64,000 bases of DNA, taken from Callorhinchus milii (taxonomy: Eukaryota). How positions within the stretch are numbered: position 1 is the first letter of the stretch; each line of letters starts with the position of its first letter. Where the stretch lies: the NCBI RefSeq assembly GCF_018977255.1, contig NW_024704742.1:8930001-8994000 (forward strand). The letters are read 5' to 3'. Below, piece after piece: positions 14,501 through 25,996 of the stretch. A model generated the notes under the pieces. It had not been told where the DNA came from, searched no databases, and was given only the letters and a program-made list of their open reading frames with translations. Made by a program: the position numbers and the translations under genes.

Positions 14501-17500
14501 ATCTTAACAATTTTCCGGCTAACTGTAAATTGACCAATATCTTAAAACAGGTCGAAATATATTTAATAGCAACAGTGCATTATTAATAGACTTGTTATAT
14601 AGGTTTACTCCAATGCATTTGACAGCATATTTACAAAATACTTCATACAGCAAATGTAGGACAAAAGATTTACTAAATTCTTGTTTATACATTCCCCAAT
14701 CTCAGACTAGAACAGGTACTGCCTGCTATAACTGCATCATATTGTTCAACTCCACGTATTTTGAGAAACGTAGCAAAGTACAAAAATAAAATAAATGGAA
14801 GGAAACTTCAAACACATTTTTTTTTAGTGTCAGTCAGCTATAAACTAGTTGAACACATCTGTACCACTTTGCACATCACCAGACAATGCCATGCCAGTAC
14901 CAGAACAATTCACAACACACAGCTGACAAAATATGTAAGCTACTGAAAGGAAAATTCCAGAGCAACTGTTGGGATCCATAAATAATTATTCCACAAAATG
15001 TTTTCACCTGCAGCTCATTAGCGCTTTTCCTGGTCAGTAATGAAAAAATACAGAATCTCTATTGATACTACTTTCTATTTGAATGACATTACAGTAACCT
15101 TTGACTAGAATAAACTCACGAGGCCTATTTCACAAAGTTAACATTTTCTATTGCTTCTTCTGACCCCTTCCCATATAAAATGGTACTTGGAAGTCAAAGC
15201 ACAAGATTGTCCTGGGGGGGGGGGGGGGGGGGGGAGGAGGAGATGATAAGTGGGGTTTCCTTGGAGCTGAAGTGGCTCTAAGGTGACATGTTCTGCAACA
15301 AAATGTCAGATCGAAGCCAACCCTTTGCCGTCTCAGTGGACTGAGCTGAGCCAAGCGGGTCCGCAGCTCACCAGGGCACTGCTGATGATAGTGCAGCCCA
15401 GCCTGGCTCAGTGGCACGACTTGGATTTGCTACTCAGCCTATCAACCCTGCAAGCCAAAACTCTAACGGATCGGATCCTAGCTGGACAATCATAGAATCG
15501 TACAGCACAAAAAGAGGCCATTCGGCCCATGGCGTCTGTGCCGGCTCGATAACAAGTAGCGGAGAATCTTTTTAGACAGTGCTTTTAATGGCAGGCTTTG
15601 CAATTATAGCCAGTTAGACTCCAGTAGTTGCCCCAATGCACACTCTGGGGTCCCCAAGCCTTCGCTCTTGTTAATCTGTGCCAAATACTTTCCAAAATTA
15701 GGTAAGTGGGATATGTCCCTACAGGAAGAGAATGCACATTCCATCCCAATAAACACCTCGAGAATTTCTATGTGTAGGTGGGATGTACGGAACTCTCAGT
15801 CTAGTTTGGTACTCTTAAGCATGGTGATGGGTTTCCGCGTGCCTTGTACACCCAGCTGACCCCCAAAAAACACAAAATGATTCAACAAAAAAAGGTAATT
15901 ATTAAACTTGTGACAGATTTTGCTGAAGCTCATTGTTTGGCCAAGGAAAGAATTACTAAAATTTTAACATTTTACAAATTCCAGTAACAATTTTGTATCC
16001 AACTCCCCACCACCCCGGCATCCATTTTCCCCACTGAAAACTAATAAAAAATGATGCTGCACATTCCTCTATTTCTACTTTAACATATTTAGGATGGGTC
16101 ATTTACTAGTCATTTTATAAGCTGCAAAAAAGATTTCACTCACTAAAATGTTAACAAGAAACTAGCACACTACTTAAACTACATTATCCACTTTTCAGTC
16201 TACAGAATTTACAATGAGTGCATCAAACCTTCTACACCGAGAACGCATCGAATCGCCTACACTATGTAACAGGATAGAAAAAATCTGAAATGACCTTTCT
16301 GGAATGGTTTTTGAATCCCCAAGATACGTTTTTAATTTGTACAATTGCTAGTCAATTTGGAGGACTGTAAAATAAAGCTATGCTTCGAACAGGATTGACC
16401 AAAAAACACACAAGATTTACTTACTAGAATGTTCCAATTAATTTACTATAGAACTACAATTTCAGTTGGTGATCACAGAACACCAATCAGAATGCTACAA
16501 ACTTTCTGGGATTTCGCCCAGACACAAATGTACAGCGTATACTTGATTTAGATTAAAAGATGAAGTTTGTGTGCTGTCTTCTACTTTGTAATTTAAAGCA
16601 GATTGTCAGTTTAAACTGATGCCATTTTATTTAAATATGTGGATTTAGCATACATGTTAGGTTTTCATTGAACCTACTCAAAAAGATCAGCCAAACATAT
16701 ATTTGTTACCGAATCTCCGTTGACAATCATACACAAATGCATTGCAATTCCCATGCCCAAGATACATTCTTAAAAAAACTGAATTGCACACATTCACTAC
16801 AAAAAACATTTGTATCCAAGCTGCACACAAGTAATGCCTTCTAAAAGTTGGAATACTCAATGCTTCGGATAAAGCTTTTTTTTCCTGCATGTGCCCATTA
16901 GATATATTCTATTAAATGTAGCAAAACACAAAACTCTTGCCCATTAGTACTTCAAAAACATATTTAAAACAAACTTATGTTCTACAATTGTGCAGCTCCA
17001 AATGTAATGCAGAAAAACATAAAACTGAAATAAGACATTTTTAAAAAAACTATCATGACCAATCCATCCATAGACTAAGCACAATTTTTCCATGATGGAC
17101 TCTATCCAACTTTTCCTTAATCTGTTTTCAAAGGCAAGCATTCCAGAGGTAAAAAATCTCCCTTACTCAGAAAGGTAACAGAGAAAACCTCCAGATATAT
17201 GGTATTCAATCCTAGGGACTTGTTTTCCATAGAAATGTGTCTATAGAAGGCAAGTCCCTAAATCCCACAATCCCAGGAACTATAGTGTTCCACAGAGTAT
17301 TTGAGAGTTTATGCCCAAATGTATCCTTAAAACCTTCAATCCCATTAAAATGATCTTAAAGAATTTTTTAAAAAATATCAAATGGTCATAGAATCAGATA
17401 CTTTTCCATTTGCCTCTATATTTAATATTCAAAATATATTTAATATTTTATGAAAATGTCAAGAGCTTTAACTAAAATGGTGAAACACTATCACAGGAGA

Positions 17501-20500
17501 GCTGGTGTTGTGACTAAATCCTACATAAAGAATACATTAACGATAGGCTAGTTAATCTTAACCCTTCAATGTAGGTGTTCTTAATACGGAAATATTATGT
17601 TAATGAAGCAATATGGAGTTTTCCTCATTTGAGTGTTTTTGATACATAACGTGTATATGTATATTAGATATAGACATGCTCACACACACTAAAGACTATT
17701 TACTCTTTCAAACATATATACCAGTACAAGTAATATTTTGCTCCATCTTAATTACCACCTGTTCTGTTGAAAGGTGCAATGTTGTGAAAAAGAGGTAGGC
17801 TAAGACAAACAGGAAAGCAAACACAAAACAGGCGGGTTCTAGATGCCAGCACATGTACAAATTATATTGCACTCAATACAAAAGCAGGTTGACCTTGCAC
17901 ACTCTGCTATGCAGTAAATATAATGAACTGCATCAAAAATGACAAATGGCGGACCATTTGCCTATTGCACTATATTTGAGATTCAAAATGTGCGAAATCT
18001 CCACAAGTTTTACAACAGTTTTACAAAGAAAATCATCAAAATATCTGCATCAAAACAGTGTCTAGGGTGTAGGCTGCCAGCAGGGGAGACAACTGCATTT
18101 AAAGCTCATTTGTTGACAATTTATTTGAAATTTGTCCATAATAAGTCAGTCTGCAGACACCTACTTAATATCACTTTGCCAAGGTATCATCATCATCTTG
18201 CTCTTTATTAAAGAAAGCTTCTCTAATTTGCCATGGACTAAAACATCAATAATATGTTAAGGTATAATTTACATTAACTGATTCATAAATCCAACCTGAA
18301 GCACTCAAATGGATAAGACTATTAAATTATGACAAACAAGAAGAATAAAACCTAAAGGATACAACAATTCACTTTGGAAAACTTTGTATTTCATGTATTA
18401 AAAGTGCTTCAATAATCAAATAGTCTATACTGGCAGAGCAGTGGATTTGTATTTGAAGGGATCAGATTAAAATTAATCTTTCCTTTTTCATATTTGGAGG
18501 GCATGAGGTGAATATTATGGTTATAAAGATAAGGGATGGTCCATTTGTTACCCAGCTTCAAGCAATCCCTGGTTAGGTATAAAGGTCAGTCTTCTTGCTT
18601 ACCCTAACTCAGAAGAGAATCCCCTATTCCTTCAGTGCGACTTCCATTCCAGGTTTACCTCCTCTCCTCTAAGGGAGGTTGCAAATTTGGGGTTGAAATG
18701 TGAAAATTGTGTCCTGTCCAAATATTAGCTATAAACTGGATCACGATTACCGTAAATTAATTTTACACATCTTGTAGCTGGACCCAAAGCATTTTTTAAA
18801 CTGATTGCCCTCCATGGATCAAATTTGACATGAGTGAGCTTGCTCCAACGCCTGACAAAATGTAAAATGAGATTGAAATCCTCTCCTTGCACAGCGTGCC
18901 CTATTTACCAATTCTTTCTGCACTAGCACAATAGGCCAAATGGCCCCCTTTTGTGCTATAAAATAATGTGCTTCTATAATGACATTAATAGAAATTCTAG
19001 AGAAATCAGGCTGGCTGAAAAACAAACACATGGAAGAAACGTGAAAGTTAAATTTAAATGATGATGCCCTCAGTCATTTATCATCCTGTAATGTTAATAT
19101 TGAATAGTGAGGACAAATAGTCATTAGGTAGCAAACTAAAAGAAAATAAGTACAAATGGACACATTTCCAGAGATATTGTGCAGATACAATGGAAACAAC
19201 GTCTGTAGCTTATAGAAGCTTACAAGTTAGATGGTTTGATTGTTCCATCAAATCTACTGTGAATTACAACCTACAGTACACAAACAGACCTCTATTGCTT
19301 AACTAAAATCACAAGGAGTTACCCTTCCATGATCAAATAGCTGCTAACAATCTTTAAAGAAGTCACGTATAAATAGTTAATGCAGTCTACAGGCAAGAAA
19401 TTCCAGTCTATTCTTCTGAGTATTTATGACTGTACTATCATTCACATTTATTGTAATGAATGACTACATTTGTTTAATAATAGATAGATTAAAATTTATA
19501 ATGCAAAACTTTGATCCTGTTTAATCTTGATAGATTACTTTTGAGAAGGTTCAGAATTCTGGACACTGCTGGGGCTAAAATGAGCATTCCTTTGTATGTA
19601 TGCAGTGTCCATGTGCAATACATTCTACATAATGTAAAGAGGCACTGGTAATACTTGTATCAGAGGACTGACAGCTGCTGTTCTATAAATTAAAAATATT
19701 GTCTGAAAGCAGGAAACCTTGTGCTCAAACTGAAAGTACATAGATGCACAAATATATAACATACCCTAATTGGCAATTGAAATAGTTATTTAGTGAAGGA
19801 ACTTTCAAGAGGCAACAGATTAAACATTAAATACCACCAACTGGTTCTTGAAACAGTATCCCTGCCAGAATATTGAATGGTTTACTGAAAGCTACAGACC
19901 AATTTAGAGCTGTCACATTTTCAACACGAGTTACAAGGACAGATTCCCCTTGTAAACATCAACACCACCCAGTGTGGAAAGTAATACTGTAAAATATACA
20001 AACATTTGGGGTTCCCTTCTGTGGACTTGCGTGACATACAAGAACTAAAGTACTTTTGTCAGCATCTCCACTTGATTGTCTCAGATAAACATTACTGAGT
20101 TGGGAAGATTTAAGGATTTTTGATGTAAAATGAGGTGCTAATCTACAAGTCACTTGAAGGCATCAGTTATCTGTATTGTGTAGATAACCCTCAGCTAGCT
20201 GGACTAGTGGTGGTGGCTGTGGGGGAAGAGATCTGGTCCGACAAGCTACAATTTCCAACTAAGTGCAATTACAATGCTGGTAATGCAAAACATGTATATG
20301 CAGTGCCGGTAAAGCGCTGCATATGAATTTCTACCGCTATATACAAGAGTAGTTACTCACCCACCGGATACCAATGGATGGTGAGGCAGGAAGCAGTGGG
20401 GATCATGTGGGCTGCTCAGTGCAACGTTTGTAGATTCCTGCAGCCCAATGAGGAGAGTTGGGGTGCCGGAATCTGTTCACAGGCAGGCCTGATGACATTC

Positions 20501-21376
20501 TTTTTAAACAATTATTTTGGTTTCAGGCCAGGTTTGAATTCTGGATACTCGGAGCTGGGGTTTTCTGCATTTTCTTCTCAATGAGGAGTTCCATCAGAAC
20601 GGCTGCTGATGAATTGCAGCACGTTCTCTAGAGTACATCTGTTAAAATGTGTTAGGATGCAACTGATGTTATAAAGTAATAACTTATGTCTCTAATATAG
20701 TGCAATTAGCAGTCAAAACATTACCGAATAACCTGCATGGGGATACCATGATCATATCCAACAGTGTGCATCCCATGGTCAAAGGGAGAATATAAAAATC
20801 CCCGGTGAGGTCAGTAATTGTTATTAAACCATACACTTTTTGTGATGCAGAGGATTAATGTTGTCCACATGATGCCACAAGCAGAGTTGCTACCCAAAAG
20901 TTCATATCATGAAAGTGACTGCAGCATGATGTACCATATTTATTCCATACTCATGTTATAACTGTTGTTGGTATCACATGTTTGTGCTCAAGTGAAACAA
21001 GGATCAGCAGAAATCTTCATTTTGTTCAAGATGAAAAGTGGACACTATGGAATAGTTTGGCCTGATGCAGGACAAAAATCCATTTTAGAGATGGGGTTTC
21101 CCCAGTAACATAAGAGAGAGTTTAACACCCCATTTCTGTTCTTTATGGGAGAGGTTAGTAAATACATTATACATCTGTCAGTTATAATATACTTAGTGCA
21201 GTAGGAACTTATTTTTTCAGGGATCAATTATTTCAAGCATTTCCAAAGTCTAAGTTTCCCCTCAGACAGATGCACTTCGGTCTTCCATTTTTGTCTGGGG
21301 ACAATTCTACCAACAAGCCGCACACTGGCACAGTGGTGTGTTCAATCATTATTCAATATGAGCATGGAATAAAATA

Positions 21377-22103
21377 CAGTGGAAGCCGGTTAAGATGGAC
21401 ATATCTGGGTCGGACATTTTGTCTGACTTAAGAGGTGTCCGAGGTTAACTCAAATACCCTTCCCGCCTAGCAGAGGAGCCCTGCCGACGCCGTATAATAG
21501 TATATAATATTGTTGTTTCACTTGGAGCAATGTTTACTAACCGGTTAAAGTTGAACTACTCTGTCACACAATTCAGTAAAAGATATTTACTTTGTTTAAC
21601 TACAAAATACCAGCAGAGGAGCTTCCTCCCTCCCATTGCCGTTCCCATTGGACGGGAAGGGGATCAATTAGCAGCGGATTAGAGGCGATTCTGTGAAGTG
21701 CTTTGAGACGTCTCGGAGACGGGATCAGGCGCTGTATCAAATACAAGGATTTTTTTCATTATGATCAACAGCCTGTAGTTGCTTGTGATTGGACGGGCAC
21801 TCCAGCCATTCACAAGCAGCTCCAGGCTGTCAATCAATCGCGATATCCCTCCTGTTCCCCCCCTCACTGATTGACAGCCCAACTCCAGCTGCTTGTCAAT
21901 GGCTGGACTCAGCTGTCAATCAATCACGATTTGATGTTTCATATCTACATCAGGGATGGGGACACCACAAAAAGCCCGAGTGAGGAGTGATTTTGCCGGT
22001 AGCCAGTGGGATACGTAAAACGGATAAGAATACAAATGAATCGGGGTTCGATTTACCCAGCGTCCGGGGGCAAACCGGCGTACAGCAAAAGCGGATTCCA
22101 CTG
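21377..22103. mobile_element. Tigger-like non-autonomous element (MITE)
   Basis: TA|CAGTGGAAGCCGG ... GCGGATTCCACTG|TA: imperfect TIRs with TA duplication. Confidence 0.6.
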
Positions 22104-23172
22104 TATTTATAATGCACTTATTCTCGTTGGTCACAGATTGTTTATAAAGTGCAACAGACAATATAAAGTGAGCTATCTATGGAGTTATTGCCTGCTTTTG
22201 AACCCCCCCCCCCCCCAACTATTTAATGGAGGAGAGGAAAAGATGTGCGTGCACTGGATGCGGTACACACTGTTCTTGGAGAGTACTCTCGGAATAGAGT
22301 AGCATTCCAATTTTGGTAAACTAAAATTACAATTATTACAATACATGCAAAACTTCACATATCACATTTGTGCCAATTTAAACACACTTCAGATGACTTC
22401 TATTTTGTTTAAATTGCCATATGATGACAATGACCACAGTCTTCTATAACTTAAGAGCTGTACAAAAGCTGTTCTTCTAGGAAAATAATGGGACACTTGG
22501 CTCATTGTGGGTTGAATCAAGTGGAAAACAGTTTGCTACAACGTTACTTACAGCAAGCGGGTTCCGACCGTTCAAGGAGGAGAATGGGTGCTGATTTTTG
22601 TTCTTATTCCCCTTCCTCCTTGGATGCTTGTTTTAAGATTCTTTCAAGGTGCGGGTCGTTCTGATTTTAGTTTGACAGAGACGCAGCTACTTAAAAGGTA
22701 AAAGCAAACACCCGCAACTCATCTTTAAAAAGTGCTCTTCGTGTTCGTAATCGTTCAAAGGCTCCACGAACGGAAAGATTGTAAAAAAAATTGCACCGTT
22801 AGTTACCCACTCAAACCACAGCGATATTCCACGCTTTTGGAATTCCTCCAGTTGTGTGTGTTGAGGAGGGGGAGGAGGGGGGGGGGGGGGAGGGGAAGAG
22901 ATGGGAAGAGGTTATAAATCAAACTCCACTGATTTGGAAAGTGAAAGGCGCTGTTACCTAAATGTGATTTGTTGTTGATACTGTTTTCTCTTCCAAAGGT
23001 TTGGGCCCCAAAATAACAAAGAAACAAACAGAATAAAGCTGGAGTCTGAGGCATTGCATTGGGCTGTTTCTCGACTGTGCGGGTGGTGGAGATGGCCGGA
23101 GAGAGGGGATAGGGAACAGATGGGGAAGGAGGGGAAGGGAAGGCAAGGGGTTTGGAGGCTGTTTAGTGGCCG

Positions 23173-24390
23173 TCAATCTTCCTCCTCCTCCTCCTCCTCG
23201 CTCTCGGGGGCGGCGGGCTGGCGGCTCAGCTCTGCCCTGCGGTCGCGGCGCCTCTCCTGGATGCCCCTCATCTCCTCGGCGTACCGGAGGAAATGGTCCC
23301 CGAAGCGGGCCCAGGCCTTGCAGGGCACAGTGATGGAGTGTCGGTACGAGGGCTTGACCTCGCTCACCCGCAGGAACACGCCGTAGCGGTTGGAGCCCAC
23401 GTCGAAGAAGAAGCGCTTGTTGTCCACCGGCACCGAGATACCCTCGGGCAGCTCCTCGGGGCCGGCGGCGGCGGCGGCTCCCCCCACCCCCGCCCCGGCC
23501 TCGTCACCACCGGAGCCCGAGGCTGCAGAGGCCGCCGACGCTCCTCCGCCGTAATCCTCCACCAGCTTGGCCAGCGCGTCCCGGAACTCGATCAGGCCCT
23601 GGGCGGGCAGCGCGATGGTCTGTCCCTGTCCCGAGTAGCCCCAGCCCGGCCCGCGGCTCAGTGTCTGGCGGATGCGCAGGAAGCGGCCGCGCTGGTTCTC
23701 CTTCAGATCCAGGTAGTACTTGCGGTTCTCCCGCACCAGGTACTCGCTCTTCAGCACCCGCTGCTGCTGCTGCTGCTGCTGCTGAGCCCCCGGCTCCTCC
23801 GGCCTCCCTGTCCCCGGGCCCTGCTGCTGGGGCTGCTGTGGGTGTTGTTGGGGTCTCCGCCTCTCCTCTCCGCCGCCGCTCCCCCCTGAGCTGCTGGGCC
23901 CGAGCTGCGCGTAGTGCTCGATGAAGTCGCCCAGGGCGTCGCGCATCTCGGCGGCCACGGCCATGGAGACGGTGAGGCGGCTCTTGTGGCCCCCGGAGCC
24001 CACCTCGGCGATCTTCAGGAAGCGGCCCCTGGCGTTCTGCTTGACGTCCAGGTAGAAGCGCTTGTTCTGGATGTCCAACCGCCGCGACGCCAACTCCTCC
24101 GTCTCCAGCATCATCAGCAGCAGCGGCGGCGGCGGCGGCGGAGGAGGAGGAGGAGCGGCGGGAGGAGGGGGAGCGGCGACGGCGGGAGGTGGAGGAGAGT
24201 CAGGCCGACCTGACAGTAGCAGGAGATGCGGCGGCGGCGGCGGTGGTGACGGGCTGGGCTGTTGCTGCGGTGGGTCCGGGCCCGAGGCCGCGGGTAATAA
24301 CGGGCCGCCGGGGCCCAGAGCGGCTCCTGCTGCGGCCGCCGCCCCGCCGCGGGGATCGTGGTCGCCGCCACCGCCGCCTCGGTTCTCCAT
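23173..24390 (-). CDS. PURG: Pur-family ssDNA/RNA-binding protein (Pur-gamma by synteny), single coding exon, 405 aa
   Basis: Intact ORF with three PUR repeats ([95 protein letters not shown]), a Gly/Pro-rich N-terminus and an acidic tail. Head-to-head with WRN, which is the established position of PURG. Family call is certain; paralog call rests mainly on synteny. Confidence 0.88.
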   Translation of the reverse strand: MENRGGGGGDHDPRGGAAAAAGAALGPGGPLLPAASGPDPPQQQPSPSPPPPPPHLLLLSGRPDSPPPPAVAAPPPPAAPPPPPPPPPPLLLMMLETEELASRRLDIQNKRFYLDVKQNARGRFLKIAEVGSGGHKSRLTVSMAVAAEMRDALGDFIEHYAQLGPSSSGGSGGGEERRRPQQHPQQPQQQGPGTGRPEEPGAQQQQQQQQRVLKSEYLVRENRKYYLDLKENQRGRFLRIRQTLSRGPGWGYSGQGQTIALPAQGLIEFRDALAKLVEDYGGGASAASAASGSGGDEAGAGVGGAAAAAGPEELPEGISVPVDNKRFFFDVGSNRYGVFLRVSEVKPSYRHSITVPCKAWARFGDHFLRYAEEMRGIQERRRDRRAELSRQPAAPESEEEEEEED

Positions 24391-24659
24391 GTGTCGGTGG
24401 AAGGGGGGCGGAGGCGGGGGGGGGAGAGGGGAGGAGGGGCTGGCGGGAAGCGCTCGCTTCTCTCACCGGCCTCGGGAGTGAGGGTCGAGCAACAGCTGCT
24501 ACCGCGGCGGGTTGTCCTCTAACTGAGGCGCGGGGGTGGGGGGGGCAGACGTGCCCTCAGTGTGTGGCCCGGTCTCTCTCTCTCTCTCTGCACTGTCACC
24601 GACAGACAGACTAACAGACGCTCTCTCTCTCCGAGCGCAGACTCGGGCAGCTCAGCCCA

Positions 24660-25060
24660 TACGCTCGGGTTTGCTCAGCAATTACACGACGTCTTGTAGC
24701 CCAAAGTCCACCACAAGTAGCCCAATGTCACGCGCCGTCTCCCAGGTACAGTGTGTGTGTGCGCGCGCGCGCGCGCGCGTATCGTTTTTTTTTAAAAAAA
24801 GAATCTTTTCAGTCAGAGAAAGGACCTTCCCAGGAAGATTTTTCAGGGTTTATCATTTTTTTCTTAAAAAAAAATAAAAAATTAGACACTCGACCAAAGC
24901 TGTTTTGCTTTTTTTGTGTTTTTTTTTAAAAAACGCACCAGTGCAACAAAAAACCCGCCCGATTGGGCGTGAAGCCGCCCAAACTTTGGCTGGGCGGGCG
25001 GGAGGGGCGGGGAAACCGCTCGTTGCCCTAACAACGGTCCGTGGGACAGCGTCCCTCGCG
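24660..25060. promoter_or_regulatory. Bidirectional TATA-less promoter PURG/WRN
   Basis: CCAAT 24722-24726, ATTGG 24962-24966, GC boxes 24954-24960 and 24992-25012, X-box-like GTTGCCCTAACAAC 25022-25035; lies between divergent genes. Confidence 0.7.
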
Positions 25061-25152
25061 CCGCGGCGGCGGCGGTTGCGCTGGTGGTCCAGGCGTCGCC
25101 TAACGATCGCCGAGAGGTTCGAACGCCGCGACGCCAAGCCAAGCGCGCGCAG
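25040..25152 (+). other. WRN: Probable non-coding first exon of WRN (5' boundary approximate)
   Basis: Donor CAG|GTAAAT at 25152/25153 just downstream of the CCAAT/GC-box cluster. A second donor CCG|GTGAGT lies at 25397/25398. The ATG exon starts with an acceptor at 27451, so an upstream exon is implied. Confidence 0.5.
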
Positions 25153-25808
25153 GTAAATCGATCGGGGAGGGAGGGAGGGAGGCGCGTGGTGATCCTTTGG
25201 AGAGCTGTCACCGCGCAGGGCAGGTGCGGACTGCGCCAGCGCGTGAAGTAGCTCCTCCCCCGCCCCGCCCCTCCCCCCCCCGCCCCTCCGCGGTGGGGAC
25301 GAAGCGGGAAACGCGAGAGCCGCTGTCACGTGGTGTCGAACGTCTCAAACGGTCCGCAGGGAGAGAGCGGCCCAAACACCGGCGGCGCGGAGACCCGGTG
25401 AGTCCCCGACACACACACACACACACACACACCCTGACTGACGGCTTTATATATTATATATAACGGTTGTGGTGAACCACTGAGGAAACCCATCACCGTA
25501 TTTCAGAGTCTCCAAACCAAACCGAGAATCCCAGGCCTCACCTCCACAGGGAAAGCCCACACACAGCTGCTGGGACGGTGCGCGCTGTGCTCTGTCTCTC
25601 TGTCTCTCTGTCTCTCGCTGGAGGGACACATCCTGTTTGCCTCATTCCAGACAGTGTTCGGCGCAGGTTGGCAAGAGCCGAGGCTCGGGGGACCCCAGAG
25701 CGTGCGGTGGGGTAACTGCTGGAGCCTAACCAGTTAAACCCGTGTAACTTGCCATTGATGCCGCAGTCTGACAAGCTTTCCCGCTGCTTGTCCAGCTGGG
25801 ACCACCCG

Positions 25809-25996
25809 ACAACAACAACAACAACAAGATTGGATTTATGGAGCGCCTTTCACGTCAGGAGGACGTCCCAAGGCGCTGAACAGTTGGGTCGGGGCCCACC
25901 CTTGGGGGGGGGGGTGGGAAATGGTCAGGGTGAGGGGAGGGAAGGGAGGGAGGGAGCGAGGAGGGGGTAGAGAGTCGAGAGGAGAGCTGAAGGCAC
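25809..25996 (-). mobile_element. L2 3' end inserted into unidentified repeat
   Basis: (CAA)n + reverse complement of the L2 tail. Confidence 0.85.

Larger units (their letters stand above)
23170..25410. promoter_or_regulatory. CpG island spanning PURG CDS and the PURG/WRN promoter
   Basis: Very GC- and CpG-rich against an AT-rich, CpG-depleted background (by eye). Confidence 0.9.

Noticed and set aside
23173..24390. Naming the Pur gene PURA or PURB
   Set aside because: Sequence resembles them, but head-to-head linkage with WRN and the lack of the MAD.DSGSE start favour PURG
23054..25463. Many overlapping ORFs antisense to or frameshifted from PURG and across the promoter
   Set aside because: Expected stop-codon scarcity in a CpG island; no domain similarity
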